Part shown: positions 51,601-62,286 of the stretch, one piece after another
Layout of the letters: every line of letters starts with the position of its first letter
Position numbering within the stretch: the stretch's first letter is position 1
Source of the DNA: an uncultured Chthonomonadaceae bacterium
GTDB lineage: Bacteria; Armatimonadota; Chthonomonadetes; Chthonomonadales; Chthonomonadaceae
Assembly (NCBI GenBank): GCA_963817895.1
Contig: CAWFQB010000001.1
Span: 224,001-288,000, forward strand
Length of the DNA: 64,000 nt
Direction: 5' to 3'
Notes under the pieces: model-generated
The model's database searches: none
What the model saw: only the letters and a program-made list of their open reading frames with translations
What the model was told of the DNA's origin: nothing
Translations under genes and position numbers: made by a program

Positions 51601-53044
51601 TCCTGGCATTGGAGCGTTAATTGATGATGTAGCGCAAGTTCTGAACCTAGCTGGCCCAATCAGACTTAACATGGAAGCGTACGCCCAAGCGTTCCATAAT
51701 GAAAAAAATTCACGAGCTGAGTTTAGCAGGCTGAACGATGATTTCATGAACAAACTGGCCCTATACCATGAGTGCCAACTCATAGACGATGATTGTGACT
51801 TAACGGGCAAACTCTTGGGTGAAAGCATTACGTCCAATGACCCTAACGCTCTTTCCGGCACATTGGGTTATGGACAGTCATTTTGGTCTTCTGGCGTATC
51901 GCCGCTTGCATATAATGTCTTCTTCGAGAATATGCCTACAGCTTCTGCCCCTGCTGCCGAGGTACTCGTCACGGACCATTTGGACGCGATGAAGCTGGAC
52001 ATGACGACGGTGAACCTGCAAAGCATTACCTTTGCCAATCAAACCGTCACGCCCACGCTGGATGTCAGCCTGCCCGTCGGGATGCGGCAGTTCAATGCGG
52101 ATGTGGACTTGCGGCCTGCCAAAAACCTGATCGTTCGCATCAACGCCAATGTGGATATGCTCACCGGCGATCTGACGTGGCATTTCCTCTCGCTTGATCC
52201 TGCTACGATGCAGCCAACGCAAGACCCAACGGCAGGTTTCCTCGATCCGGGACAAGAAGGAAGCGTATTGTTTTCCGTTCTGCCGAAGAACACGCTGCCG
52301 ACAGGAACGGTTATCACCGATCAGGCGTCTATCAAGTTCGACTTCAACGCCTGGATAGATACGCCCTCGTGGTTCAACACCATTGACAACGATAAGCCGA
52401 ACAGTCAGGTCAACAGATTGGCGGGGATACAGAGCGGCCTGAGTTTCCGGGTGTCCTGGCAGGGACAGGATGTGGGTTCGGGGTTGCGCGACTTCACCAT
52501 TTATGTGTCGGACAATGGCGGCGCATGGACGCCCTGGTTGACCAACACAGCCGACACGAGCGCGACGTTTACGGGCGTGGGTGGACACACCTATGCTTTT
52601 GCCTCACAGTCGCGGGACAACGTGTTCAATCTGGAAGGACTGCATCCGCTGGCGGATACGGTCACGCAGGTTCCCAACATCGCCACGGACGTTTCTTCAC
52701 GGGTGAGCGTCACGCGGGGCGGGTTCCGGCTCAACCGCGCCACAGGAAGATTTGTGCAGACCGTCACCCTCAAGAATACGGGCATTTCCGCCATTGCCGG
52801 ACCAGTTTCACTTGTGTTGGATGGACTGAGCGGCAACGCCACATTGTTCAACAAAACGGGCGTGACCAGCGCGACCTCTCCCACAGGCAGCCCGTACCTC
52901 AGTGTATCGGCGGGCAATATGGCGGCGGGCGCGAGCGTAACCGTGACGCTGGAGTTCACCAACAGCAACGTCAGCAAAGGCATTACCTACAACACCCGCG
53001 TTCTGGCCGGTACGGGCAGTCGCTAATAAGGAAGAAACAATCGC

Positions 53045-53722
53045 ATGAAACGTAACCCTTCTGCCTGTATCCGCCTGTTTGCGGCTTGCCTGCTCGGACT
53101 GTCGGCAATCTCCTGCTGTCAGGCGCAGACCAACTTTCACGTCAGCCTGAACACCGCGTCGCTTATCGGCAGCCCGAACGGACTGTTCTCACTCGATTTT
53201 CAACTCACGGACGGCAGCGGAACCGGCGACGCCAATAACACGGCAACCGTCTACAATTTCGATTACGGCGGGGGCAGGGCGGCGGGAGCGCCCATGCTCA
53301 CCGGAGGATCCACCGGGAGCATTATTACGTCGCTGACACTGATTGACAGCCAGTTTTTCAACGAACTGTACCAGACGTTTCTTCCGGGCGCAACCCTTGA
53401 CTTCAACGTCACTCTGACCGCGAACGATGATGCGGGAGGCACACCGGATCAGTTCGTGTTCGGCATCCTGGACAACACGCTTGCCAACCTTCCCACAACG
53501 GATGCCGGCGGCGCGCTGCTGACAGCGGACATTACCTCCACCGGCGCAACGATAGGAACCTTCACCGCACTTGCGCCTTATGATGCTCTCGGAACGCCTG
53601 TCGTCACCTTTCCGCAGGCTCCGCCCCCGCAAAATACGCCGGAACCGGGCGCATGGGCGTTCCTTCTGACCGCAGCCGTTCCGGGTGGACTGCTCTTGGC
53701 GCGACGCAGGAAACGTCACTGA
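53045..53722 (+). CDS. PEP-CTERM surface protein
   Basis: Signal peptide; SLDFQL, PDQF.F; TPEPG-hydrophobic-RRRKRH. Confidence 0.9.
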   Translation: MKRNPSACIRLFAACLLGLSAISCCQAQTNFHVSLNTASLIGSPNGLFSLDFQLTDGSGTGDANNTATVYNFDYGGGRAAGAPMLTGGSTGSIITSLTLIDSQFFNELYQTFLPGATLDFNVTLTANDDAGGTPDQFVFGILDNTLANLPTTDAGGALLTADITSTGATIGTFTALAPYDALGTPVVTFPQAPPPQNTPEPGAWAFLLTAAVPGGLLLARRRKRH

Positions 53723-53831
53723 TGCGATGATGGCAAAAACGACGTTCTGTTTGCCCTGCGAAGTCCTGCTGCTATGTCGGCAGGGCTTCGCGGCGTGTTG
53801 GCAGTTGCGTATCGTCACTCCTGACTGGCTA

Positions 53832-53840
53832 TGGTATAAT
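53832..53840 (+). promoter_or_regulatory. Extended -10 promoter for xisH/xisI
   Basis: tggtataat followed by AGGAG RBS and ATG 53861. Confidence 0.55.
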
Positions 53841-53860
53841 TCAGCAGGAGCCAACACACT

Positions 53861-54283
53861 ATGTCCGCGAAAGACATTTACCATGACGCCTTCGTTCGCG
53901 CCCTGCAAAAAGATGGATGGACGATTACCAAAGACCCGTTGACCGTTCCCGTAGACGGAACCAACTTGCTGATTGATATCGGCGCGGAGCGGGTTGTCGC
54001 AGCCGAACGCGATCAAGAGCGCATTGCCGTTGAAATCAAATCGTTTTTGAGCCGGTCAGCTGTGCAGGACTTGAAGGAGGCCGCAGGGCAGTTTTTGCTT
54101 TATGAACTGGCGTTGCGGCAATTTGAGGCAGAAGCGGGCCGGGTTCTGTATCTCGCTGTTCGCGCTGTTACTTACAACACGGTATTTCAAACTGGTGTCG
54201 GCAAACTGGCGCTGCAAAACAAAGCCTTACGCCTGATCGTGTTCGATACGGAGAGGGAGGAGATAACGCAATGGATAAAATAG
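53861..54283 (+). CDS. xisH: XisH family protein
   Basis: MSAKDIYHD....ALQKDGWTIT.DP, IDIGAE, IAVEIKSF, GQF..Y, EI.QWI. Confidence 0.92.
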   Translation: MSAKDIYHDAFVRALQKDGWTITKDPLTVPVDGTNLLIDIGAERVVAAERDQERIAVEIKSFLSRSAVQDLKEAAGQFLLYELALRQFEAEAGRVLYLAVRAVTYNTVFQTGVGKLALQNKALRLIVFDTEREEITQWIK

Positions 54284-54612
54284 AATGTTATCGTCACATC
54301 GTGGGCAATGTTCTCATGCCCCTCGCGCAACTCCGCTTTTCCAGTCCCAGCGTGACAAATGAGGCCATTTTCGATCAGGAGCGCGACCGCTACATGATTG
54401 TCACGACAGGTTGGGAAGGAAATACGAAACGTATCTATTTTCCGTTCGTTCATCTGGACATTATCAACGGGAAAGTTTGGATACAACGGGATGGAACCGA
54501 GGACGGCATTGCAGACGAATTGGAAGAAGCAGGCATTCCCAAAGCGGATATTGTACTGGCTTTCCATCCCGAAAAAGATCGCGCTCTGATCCCGGAGTAT
54601 GCTGTCGCCTGA
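54271..54612 (+). CDS. xisI: XisI family protein
   Basis: D.ERDRY....GW, HLDI..GKVWIQ.DGTE.GIA.EL..AGIPK.DIVLAFHP. Confidence 0.93.
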   Translation: MDKIECYRHIVGNVLMPLAQLRFSSPSVTNEAIFDQERDRYMIVTTGWEGNTKRIYFPFVHLDIINGKVWIQRDGTEDGIADELEEAGIPKADIVLAFHPEKDRALIPEYAVA

Positions 54613-54668
54613 CAATGAGCGCGAGAATGATGATTGCGCAGTGTTGGGCGATAAAGGAGGTTTAGGTC

Positions 54669-55028
54669 ATGGGTGAAAACAATTCCGGTTCAACTTTGAT
54701 TCTTGATGCAGTGGCGGAACAGAGTGAAGCGCAGGAGAGGGAAGTCTCTCCTGAGCCGATTTTTGCAAATGCGCCGTGGAGATTGCGCAAAAGGCCGTCC
54801 GCAGAGGAAGCAAAAGAGATTGGGCGACGAGGCAGAGAGATTTACCAGAAGTTGCGCTGCGACCTCGAAGCCAGCTATAACGGTCAATTTCTCGTGATTG
54901 CAACGGACACTGAAGAGTTCGCCATTAGCGAGACTGTTACTGCTGCTACGGACACAATTCTAAACAACCGTCCCGATGCGCCTTTATACGGCCTCCGCAT
55001 AGGGGACGACGTTTTGGGCCGCATTTAG
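54669..55028 (+). CDS. Small hypothetical protein (DUF5678-like), partner of the aspartic protease
   Basis: G.EIY....LE..Y.GQF..I..DT.EF.I......A......PDA.LY.LRIG. Confidence 0.65.
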   Translation: MGENNSGSTLILDAVAEQSEAQEREVSPEPIFANAPWRLRKRPSAEEAKEIGRRGREIYQKLRCDLEASYNGQFLVIATDTEEFAISETVTAATDTILNNRPDAPLYGLRIGDDVLGRI

Positions 55029-55043
55029 GAATAAGGATGAACA

Positions 55044-55409
55044 ATGATGCGGGGGCATGTCAACAACAAGTTGGAGCCGAAACTCAAAATCCGCCTTTAC
55101 GCTTCCACGGGCCGCAGCATAAAAGTGGAAGCCCTTGTAGATACGGGCTGTACATTCTCACTCATTGTGGAAAAATCCCTTGTTGAATACGTGCTCCAAT
55201 TGAACTACGCAATGGAAGCCGATGTCAAGCAAGTAGATGGCAGTATAAGCCAGCATCCTGTTTATGAGGGGCAAATTGACTGGCAAGGCGCTTTGAGAAA
55301 CGTGAAAATTGTCGCAATGGGTGATGAGGCAATTATTGGTATGGAGATGCTGCGCGGTTTTCATTGGCAGATGGATGTGCCCCCCGGCGGTGACTTGATC
55401 ATTTCATAA
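55044..55409 (+). CDS. Clan AA (retropepsin-like) aspartic protease
   Basis: ALVDTG catalytic motif and IIGMEML. Confidence 0.85.
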   Translation: MMRGHVNNKLEPKLKIRLYASTGRSIKVEALVDTGCTFSLIVEKSLVEYVLQLNYAMEADVKQVDGSISQHPVYEGQIDWQGALRNVKIVAMGDEAIIGMEMLRGFHWQMDVPPGGDLIIS

Positions 55410-55578
55410 TGTTCGTTGTGTGTTCCCCGTTTCCAAGCCTCTCTGTGTTTGTCGGAATCCTCTCCTCTTTTGCGATTGTGCCGGATTGTGGTAACATAAC
55501 AATATATAGCGCGTCCGTTGTTGTACTCGCCTTTGTTGTCGCTTCCTCCCATCCTCACCATTTTGCAAGGAGTTTCCG

Positions 55579-58188
55579 TTGAAGCCTTTTCCCATTCTGT
55601 TTTCGCGGGCCGGTTTTGCCGCGCTTGCCACCCTCGCCGGCCTGAGTTTGTCGGCTGCCACTACACGGGCGCAGGGGCAATTCGGCGGCAATCAGGGGGC
55701 GCGGCCCGCCCTCACCGCCCATTCGCCGCGCGTTCGTGATTTTCATGTTCGGCATTTGAAACTGATTTTTGACATCAACGCCAAAGACCATTCCGCGCAT
55801 GGCGTTGTCACGCACTACCTGATGCCCCTGCGCGACTCGCTTACAGACTGTTGTTCTGGACGCCCGCGACAACCTGAAAATCGAAGCCTGTAAAATTAAC
55901 GGCACGGATGTCACCTTCGCGCAGAAAGACAACCAACTTACGATTTCGCCCGTCACGCCGCTTGCCATGAATAAGGAAGTGGCGGTTGAAATCTCCTACA
56001 CCATGCCGTCTGCCAATTCGCGCACTGGCGGGGGCGCGAACGGCGCGGGCGGGTTTACGTGGATTGATCCCCGCGCCGCGCAGCCGACCCGCAAGGTCGG
56101 GTTCTGGACGCAGGGCGAAACCAATACCAACAGTTCATGGGTTCCCTGCTACGATTTCCCCAACGACAAATGCACCAGCGAAACCCATACTACCGTGCCG
56201 GAAGACTGGACCGTGATCGGCAACGGAGCGGAAACGCCGTCCACGCTCAATGCCGACGCGCATACCCGCACCTTCCACTGGACGATGAAGCAGCCCCACT
56301 CCACCTACCTGCTGTCGCTCGTCGGGCGGCGAAATGGACGTGCAAAAAGATACGTGGCGCGGCGTTCCCCTGTATTATGCCGTGCCCAAAGGCATGGGAA
56401 ACCTGATTCCCAACGCGTTCGGCAACACGCCCGATATGCTCAGTTGGTTTTCCGACAATCTGGGCGTCAAGTATCCCTGGCCCAAGTACGCGCAGTGCTG
56501 CCGTGTTCGATTTTCCCGGCGGCATGGAAAACGTCAGCGCGACCACGCTGGGCTCGTTCAGCCTGACCGACGCCCGCGCCGGCAAATTCCCCATGTCCAG
56601 CCTGACTTCGCACGAACTCGGCCACCAGTGGTTCGGCGATCTGGTGACGTGCAAGGATTGGGGCGACATCTGGCTCAATGAGAGTTTCGCCACGTTCTAT
56701 CGAGATGTTTTATATGGAGCATCTGAACGGCAAGGAGGCCTATGAGGCCGACGTGGAAAACTACACGCGCCAGTATCTGCCATCCGCGCGCGCGAGCCAA
56801 ACGCGCCCTCAGCACCAACATGTACGCCAGTTACGACGCCATGTTCGAGTCGGGCCATACCTATTCCAAGGGCGGCGTGATTCTGCACATGCTGCGCCGG
56901 GAACTGGGCGACAAAGCCTTTTTCGCCAGCCTGCATCGCTACCTCGAAAGCCTACGAGTACACAGCCGGTGGAAACCGGTGATCTGGAAAAATGCCATTT
57001 CGGAAGAGACCCATCGCGACATGAAGCCGTTCTTCGACCAGTGGGTGCGCAAACCCGGCCATCCGGTTCTGGACATGACATGGACGTATGACGAGGGGCG
57101 TAAAGAGGTCATAGCGACCGTCAAGCAGCTGCAAAACACGACGGACGGCACGCCCATTTACAACACGCCCCTGACGTTCGGACTGGCGCGGGGTATGGCT
57201 GAAAAACCGTCCGGCTTCAAGCAGGTCAGGACTGGCGGGGGAAAAGACCAGACGGGTTCGCAAACGGGCAGCGATATGCTGCAGCGGCAGCGCGTGGTTC
57301 TCAATCAGGCCACGCAGGAGTTCCATTTGCCCTGCGCCCAAAAGCCCGCCCTTGTGCTGCTGGACCCGGATCACGACATGCTCAAAGAGGTGCCGGACAC
57401 GCATCTGACCGACGCGGACATGGCTCTCCTGCTGCGCATCGCGCCCAACTCCACGGACCGGCGACTGGCGGCAAGCAAACTGGTGGGCGACAATCTGGAC
57501 GCGAGCAAAATCGCCCTGTTTACGGACGTTCTGAAAGCGGAACCGGGCGACGCGCTGGGCGCAACCCTGATTGACAGCCTGGGTACCGCCAAAAGCGAGG
57601 AACTGCGCCCCCTGTTCCACGCGGAAGCGCAGTCGAAATTGCCGCGCCGCCGCGCCGCCGCCCTCGCCGCGCTTGGACAATTGGCCCCGACGGATGAGGA
57701 TACGCGCCTGCTGCGGAGCGTCGCCCTCGAGCGATACGGAACCCTACGTCCGTTGTGAGCGGCGCGCTGACTCGGACTAAGCGGCGAACATCGCGAAGAA
57801 CATGGACGTGTTTCAGCATCAGATCACGCAGACCGGGTCGGGGGAAACGCTGGCTTCGGCAAGCGTGGACGCTCTGGCCGCCGCCAAAAGCGACGCGACG
57901 GTTCCCCTGCTCCTGCTCGCCATGAAGCCGGAACACAGCTCGTTCACGCGCATGAAAGCCGCTGGCGCGTTGGGAACATTCGCGCCCGGTGACGCGGAAG
58001 TCCACGACGCGCTGGTGGCGATGCTCAACGACCCGTTGTTCTTTGTGCAGAATGCCGCCATACGCGCCCTTGCCGCCCGCAAGGACAAAGGCGCGCTGGA
58101 CGCCATTCGCGCCGTCGCCGCCAACGCCAAAAACCCCAACACGCAGGAAGCGGCGAAAACAGCGATAGAGCAGATAGAGGCGCAGTAA
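55579..58188 (+). CDS. M1 family aminopeptidase with C-terminal HEAT repeats (multiple apparent frameshifts)
   Basis: WTQGE, PCYD.PNDK, YPWPKY, GGMEN, HELGHQWFGD, WLNES, YSKGG..LHMLR; HEAT repeats. Confidence 0.88.
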
Positions 58189-58305
58189 GATACGAGATAC
58201 GAGATACGAGATATGAGATACGAGTAGATGATTATTGCTTTCCTTTTCAGTAGAAGAAAACAAAGCAGGAGTCACTCGTATCTCGTATCTCTTATCTCTT
58301 ATCTA
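58186..58305. repeat. Inverted repeat of AGATACG heptamers between convergent stop codons
   Basis: taagatacgagatacgagatacgagatatgagatacgag ... ctcgtatctcgtatctcttatctcttatcta. Confidence 0.85.
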
Positions 58306-58467
58306 CTTCTTCTGTCCTGCCGGGGGAGCGCCCGTCGTTTCCGTGCCGGCGTGAGCGGGCGGGGGAACAAGCGCGGCGAGACTGACAAGCAGGCAGGCCG
58401 TCAGGCAAAGTCGCGTCCACAAAGAGCGTGGGGGCAGGGGACGCGACCGGATGTTAAGCGTTATCAC
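58303..58467 (-). CDS. Putative small secreted peptide
   Basis: GGAGG RBS + GTG; signal-like segment ending AHA; 14-aa tail GTETTGAPPAGQKK. Confidence 0.4.
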   Translation of the reverse strand: MITLNIRSRPLPPRSLWTRLCLTACLLVSLAALVPPPAHAGTETTGAPPAGQKK

Positions 58468-59055
58468 GGGAAACAAACCTCCAGAAACCCGACTGTCGCG
58501 CTGAAAACACCGGGCTGTCTTTTTATGCACGTTTGTAAACTACGGCTTGCAGCCTGCATCGTGACAATGGCTGCCGCCTGATTTTCCTTGCCTCTTCTGC
58601 TTTTCTCCCTGTTCATGCCGCTTCCCACTCCACGCGAAATCTCGCGCTTCCTCCTCTTCCATATCCGCCGCAAGCCTCTGGCCGATGGCGAAAATTTCCC
58701 ACCTCTTTATTCCGAGCAGGTCACGCCGGAAATGTTTATACATTCCGCGCCTGCCTGCTGTTGTATCGTAATGAGAGAATTGTATCAAAGTGGTTCAATT
58801 AAATATTTTTGTGGTATAGGTATGGCATAGCTTCAAGTACAGGTGTATGTATGTGAGGGGAAATTTGGTTAAAAAACGGACGGAATAATAGTCAGAAAAA
58901 TTTTCCAAAAAAGTATTTGCTTTTATATTGATGATATGCTATCATTCCTGCACGGATTGTTGCGCCCGAACTCATCGCGTAGTACGGATGGCGTGAGGCA
59001 AAACCGGAGTTCTCCGCAGATGAGAACCCATTCCCCGTAAACAAAGGAGACATGA

Positions 59056-61004
59056 ATGCCCGAGTACCTTGCCCCTGGTTTGTTCATCGAGGAGATTGAC
59101 AGCGGCAGCAAGCCCATTGAGGGCGTCGGAACCAATACCGCCGCGTTCATCGGCTACGCGAAAAGCGGCGACTTCAATAAACCGATCTTCATCTCCAACT
59201 GGACTCAGTTTTGCAGCGAATTCGGTGAGGAAGAGAACGCGATCACAGAAGCGTTGTGCCGATTTCTAGGCATGTCCGTTGCTGCAGTGCGCAACAAAAA
59301 AGCAAAGTCGCGCAAAGGATGGATGGAGTATTGTACAATCCGTTCACTCTGAGGCGGTGCGCAGCAAGAAAACGGAAACCAAAGAGTTTCAACACGTTCA
59401 TTGAGAATTTGAACGTGCCGGTGAAGAACTCGCCCTACATCAAGAACAGCTATCTTGCGCATGCCGTGCGCGGCTTCTACGACAATGGGGGCGGGCGCGC
59501 CTACATTGTTCGCATACCCCGGCCCGAAGATGTGACGGCTATCAAGGCGAAATACGCGAATGGCGCAGCGGCCGATGCGGGCCACCCCGCCGTAGCCGCG
59601 AGCAAGACGTATGGCGCGCTGACGTTTACGTCGAGATTGATTGGCGCGGCAGGCAACGGCACCAAAGTGGACATCGTTCACACGGACAAAGAGAACAAGC
59701 CGCTGAAGGACAACGAGTTCCGCATCATCATCAAGCAGGGCGACCGGACGGACGAGTTGCCGGACAGAGGCGCCTTCACCGCGTTGGAACAGGCGGTGGA
59801 AAGGGTAAACACAAAATCCACGCTGGTTCAAATGGAAGTGCAAGCCGGGGTTGATGTGAAGACCGCGCCCCGCCCGGAGATATTCTCCAGCCTTCTTGAG
59901 GCGGGAACAAACGCGGCTGCTAATATGAGCCGCGCTGCGCAGGCCGGCGCCGCCGCCGCTTCCGGGCCTTCGCTGTCGCGCGCGTTGATGGATTTGACGC
60001 CTGATGTCTGGGACGGGGATGAAGACAATGGCCTAGGACTGGGCAGCATGTATGCCGTTGAAGACGTAGATATGATCTGCTTTCCCGACCTGATGAACGG
60101 TCTCTACTCCCGTGATGAGTACAAGGTGGAGGTAGATGGCGGCAGAAGAACCGAGACGCGCTTCTCCGAAGAGCAGTGTCTGCTTGACAGCCTGGACGGA
60201 CGGCGCGCGGCAATCCTGGGTGTGCAGAAGGCGCTGGTAGATTACTGCGAACGCGCCGGCAACCGCATGTGCATTCTCGACCCCATTCCCGAACTCAAAC
60301 CACAGGAGATGGATGATCTGATCTACAAAGAGATCAAGCAACTTCGGATGCTCCAAAGGGCAGGCGGCCATCTACTATCCCTGGATCAAAATCGCCGACC
60401 CGGTGAACAAGGGACGAGCAGATACTGGTTCCGCCGTGCGGCCATATGGCGGGCGTGTGCGCGCGCGTGGCTCTGGAGCGCGGCGTTCACAAAGCCCCGG
60501 CCAACGAAGTCCTGATGGGCGCGGTGGACTTGGAGCGGAAGTCACGAAAGGCGAGCAGGAGAAACTCAACCCGAACGGCATCAACTGCATCCGCGCGTTT
60601 CCCGGCAGGGGCATCCGCATCTGGGGCGCGCGCACTCTGGCCACCGTCGGCAACCCGTCGTGGAAGTACGTCAACGTGCGTCGCCTGTTCAACTACCTTG
60701 AAAAGTCCATGGAGCGCAACCTGCAGTGGGTGGTTTTCGAGCCGAACGACGAAGACCTGTGGGGCCGCGTGCGCCGCACCATCTCCGCGTTCCTGTATAC
60801 GGAATGGAGCGAGGGCAAGCTGTTCGGAACCACGCCCGGCCGAAGCGTTCTACGTGAAGTGCGACGCGGAGACCAATCCGCAGGAGATGATTGACCTGGG
60901 CCGCCTGTACTGTCGAGGTCGGCATCAATCCGGTCAAGCCCGCCGAGTTTGTCATCATCCGCATGGGCCAGTGGTCGGGCGGCGGCAGTATGAGCGAACA
61001 GTAA
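59056..61004 (+). CDS. Contractile tail sheath protein of an eCIS (several apparent frameshifts)
   Basis: MPEYLAPGLFIEE...IEGVGT.TAAFIG, AVRGFYDNGG, YYPW, HKAPAN, LNP.GINCIR.FPGRGIRIWGART, YVNVRRL, FEPN, PVKPAEF. Confidence 0.93.
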
Positions 61005-61009
61005 ACAGA

Positions 61010-61110
61010 GGGTGTTCGGTATTCGGTATTGGGCGTTCAGAGACTCAAGTTGCCGCGATTTACGCAGATGCGCAGAAGCTGAACACCCGGTACCCAACCC
61101 GACACCCGAT
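61010..61110. repeat. Degenerate heptamer inverted repeat between sheath and tube
   Basis: ggtgttcggtattcggtattgggcgttcag ... ctgaacacccggtacccaacccgacacc. Confidence 0.6.
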
Positions 61111-61163
61111 TGCTGCAACACCGAAATGCCTGCATAGGCATTTGCAACGAAAGGAACGCCATC

Positions 61164-61599
61164 ATGGCTGAAGCAGTAGGCGCATTGCGCTGGTATCTGG
61201 AAATTGACGGCATCACCGAAGGCATTTTCAAAGAGGTGTCGGGGCTGGACTCGGAGAACGAAGTGATCGAACATCGCGCTTCGGGCAAAGGGCAACCTGG
61301 TCGTGCACAAAATCCCCGGCGCGCTCAAGTGGTCGAACATCAGCCTGCCGGCGCGGAATCACCGACGACCGCAAGCTGCACGACTGGCGCAAAAAGATCG
61401 AAGACGGGCAGATCGAGGCCAACCGCAAGAACGGCACGCTCACCTGCTACGACCCGACCGGCAAGGCCGTCGCCAAGTACACCTTCAAAAAGGGCTGGCC
61501 GTGCAAGTGCAAAGGGCCCGTCTGTGGACGCCTCGCAAAAACGAAATCGCCATCGAAGAACTCGAAATCGCCCACGAAGGGCTGGAGCGCCAGCAGTAG
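61164..61599 (+). CDS. T4 gp19-like tail tube protein (frameshifted)
   Basis: LEIDGI..G.FKEVSGL.SE.EVIEH, KIPG.LKWSNI, DW.K, RKNG, GWP.K, IEELEIAHEG. Confidence 0.9.
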
Positions 61600-61618
61600 A
61601 CGTGACGCGCAATAAGGC

Positions 61619-61986
61619 ATGAGCGCGTCAACTATGAATAAATCCGCCCGCAACAGCGGTCTGCAAACCGAGTACGACTTCACTCTGCCGCGCGGCTATA
61701 TCGGCGCCGATGGCACACTGCACAAAAAAGGCAAGATGCGCCTGGCGACGGCCATGGACGAGATCGCCCCGCTGCGTGACCCGCGCGTCCGCGCCAACCA
61801 GGCGTATCTGGTCATTATCCTGCTGGCGCGCGTCATCACGCAACTGGGAACCCTGGAAGTGATCGATACCGGAGTCGTCGAGAACATGTTCTCCGCCGAC
61901 CTGGCTTATCTGCAGGACCTGTATCGGCGCATCAACGAGACTGGAAGCGACCGACGCGGAGGAGGACGGGACAGCTGGGGGAATAG
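61619..61986 (+). CDS. CIS tail assembly chaperone-like protein
   Basis: TEYDFTLPRGY...DGTLH..G.MRLATA.DEI....DPRV..N.AYL..ILL.RVI...D.AYLQ..Y.RIN; probable true end LGE-TAG at 61986. Confidence 0.8.
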
Positions 61987-62144
61987 CGCGCTACCCCTCA
62001 GAGGCCTTATATGAGGAGGTAGCCTACATCGCCTACCACTTCCACTGGCCGCTCGACGACATCCTGAACCTGGAACACGCCGAGCGGCACAAGTGGATCG
62101 AAGAGATCAGCAAGATCAACAAACGCTTGACAGAGGGCGGATAG
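61983..62144 (+). CDS. DUF6760-like protein lacking a canonical start codon
   Basis: YPSEALYEEVAYIAYHFHWPLDDILNLEHAERHKWIEEISKIN; absent from the ORF track. Confidence 0.82.
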   Translation: MARYPSEALYEEVAYIAYHFHWPLDDILNLEHAERHKWIEEISKINKRLTEGG

Positions 62145-62286
62145 CGACGCGGCAGTTTTTGCGGAGCGCCGGTCTCTGTTAAGCATTATCTATTTAGCGG
62201 GAAGCGCTTCTGTCTACCGCTAAATTTTCCTTCAAATACTCTGTACTCGACACGCAACGCTTAAGGGAAAGGGGGTGAAAAAGTAA

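Larger units (their letters stand above)
46959..53026 (+). pseudogene. Giant secreted protein (WD40 propellers, Ig-like domains, DPN-motif domain, FN3-like, C-terminal beta domain) disrupted by an IS; further frameshifts near 49685 and 50550
   Basis: Signal peptide at 46959; WD40 repeats (FSPDG, IWRVSDG) on both sides of the IS; SNDPN, FFEN...A.APA..V.VTD.LD, VSW.G.D..SG; removing the IS restores the frame. The later joins are inferred. Confidence 0.7.

Noticed and set aside
53861..54612. fdxN excision element
   Set aside because: No serine recombinase or nif/fdxN genes nearby.
55579..61599. Aminopeptidase, sheath and tube frameshifts as programmed recoding or decay
   Set aside because: Many irregular shifts with no consistent slippery motif, matching the general error pattern.
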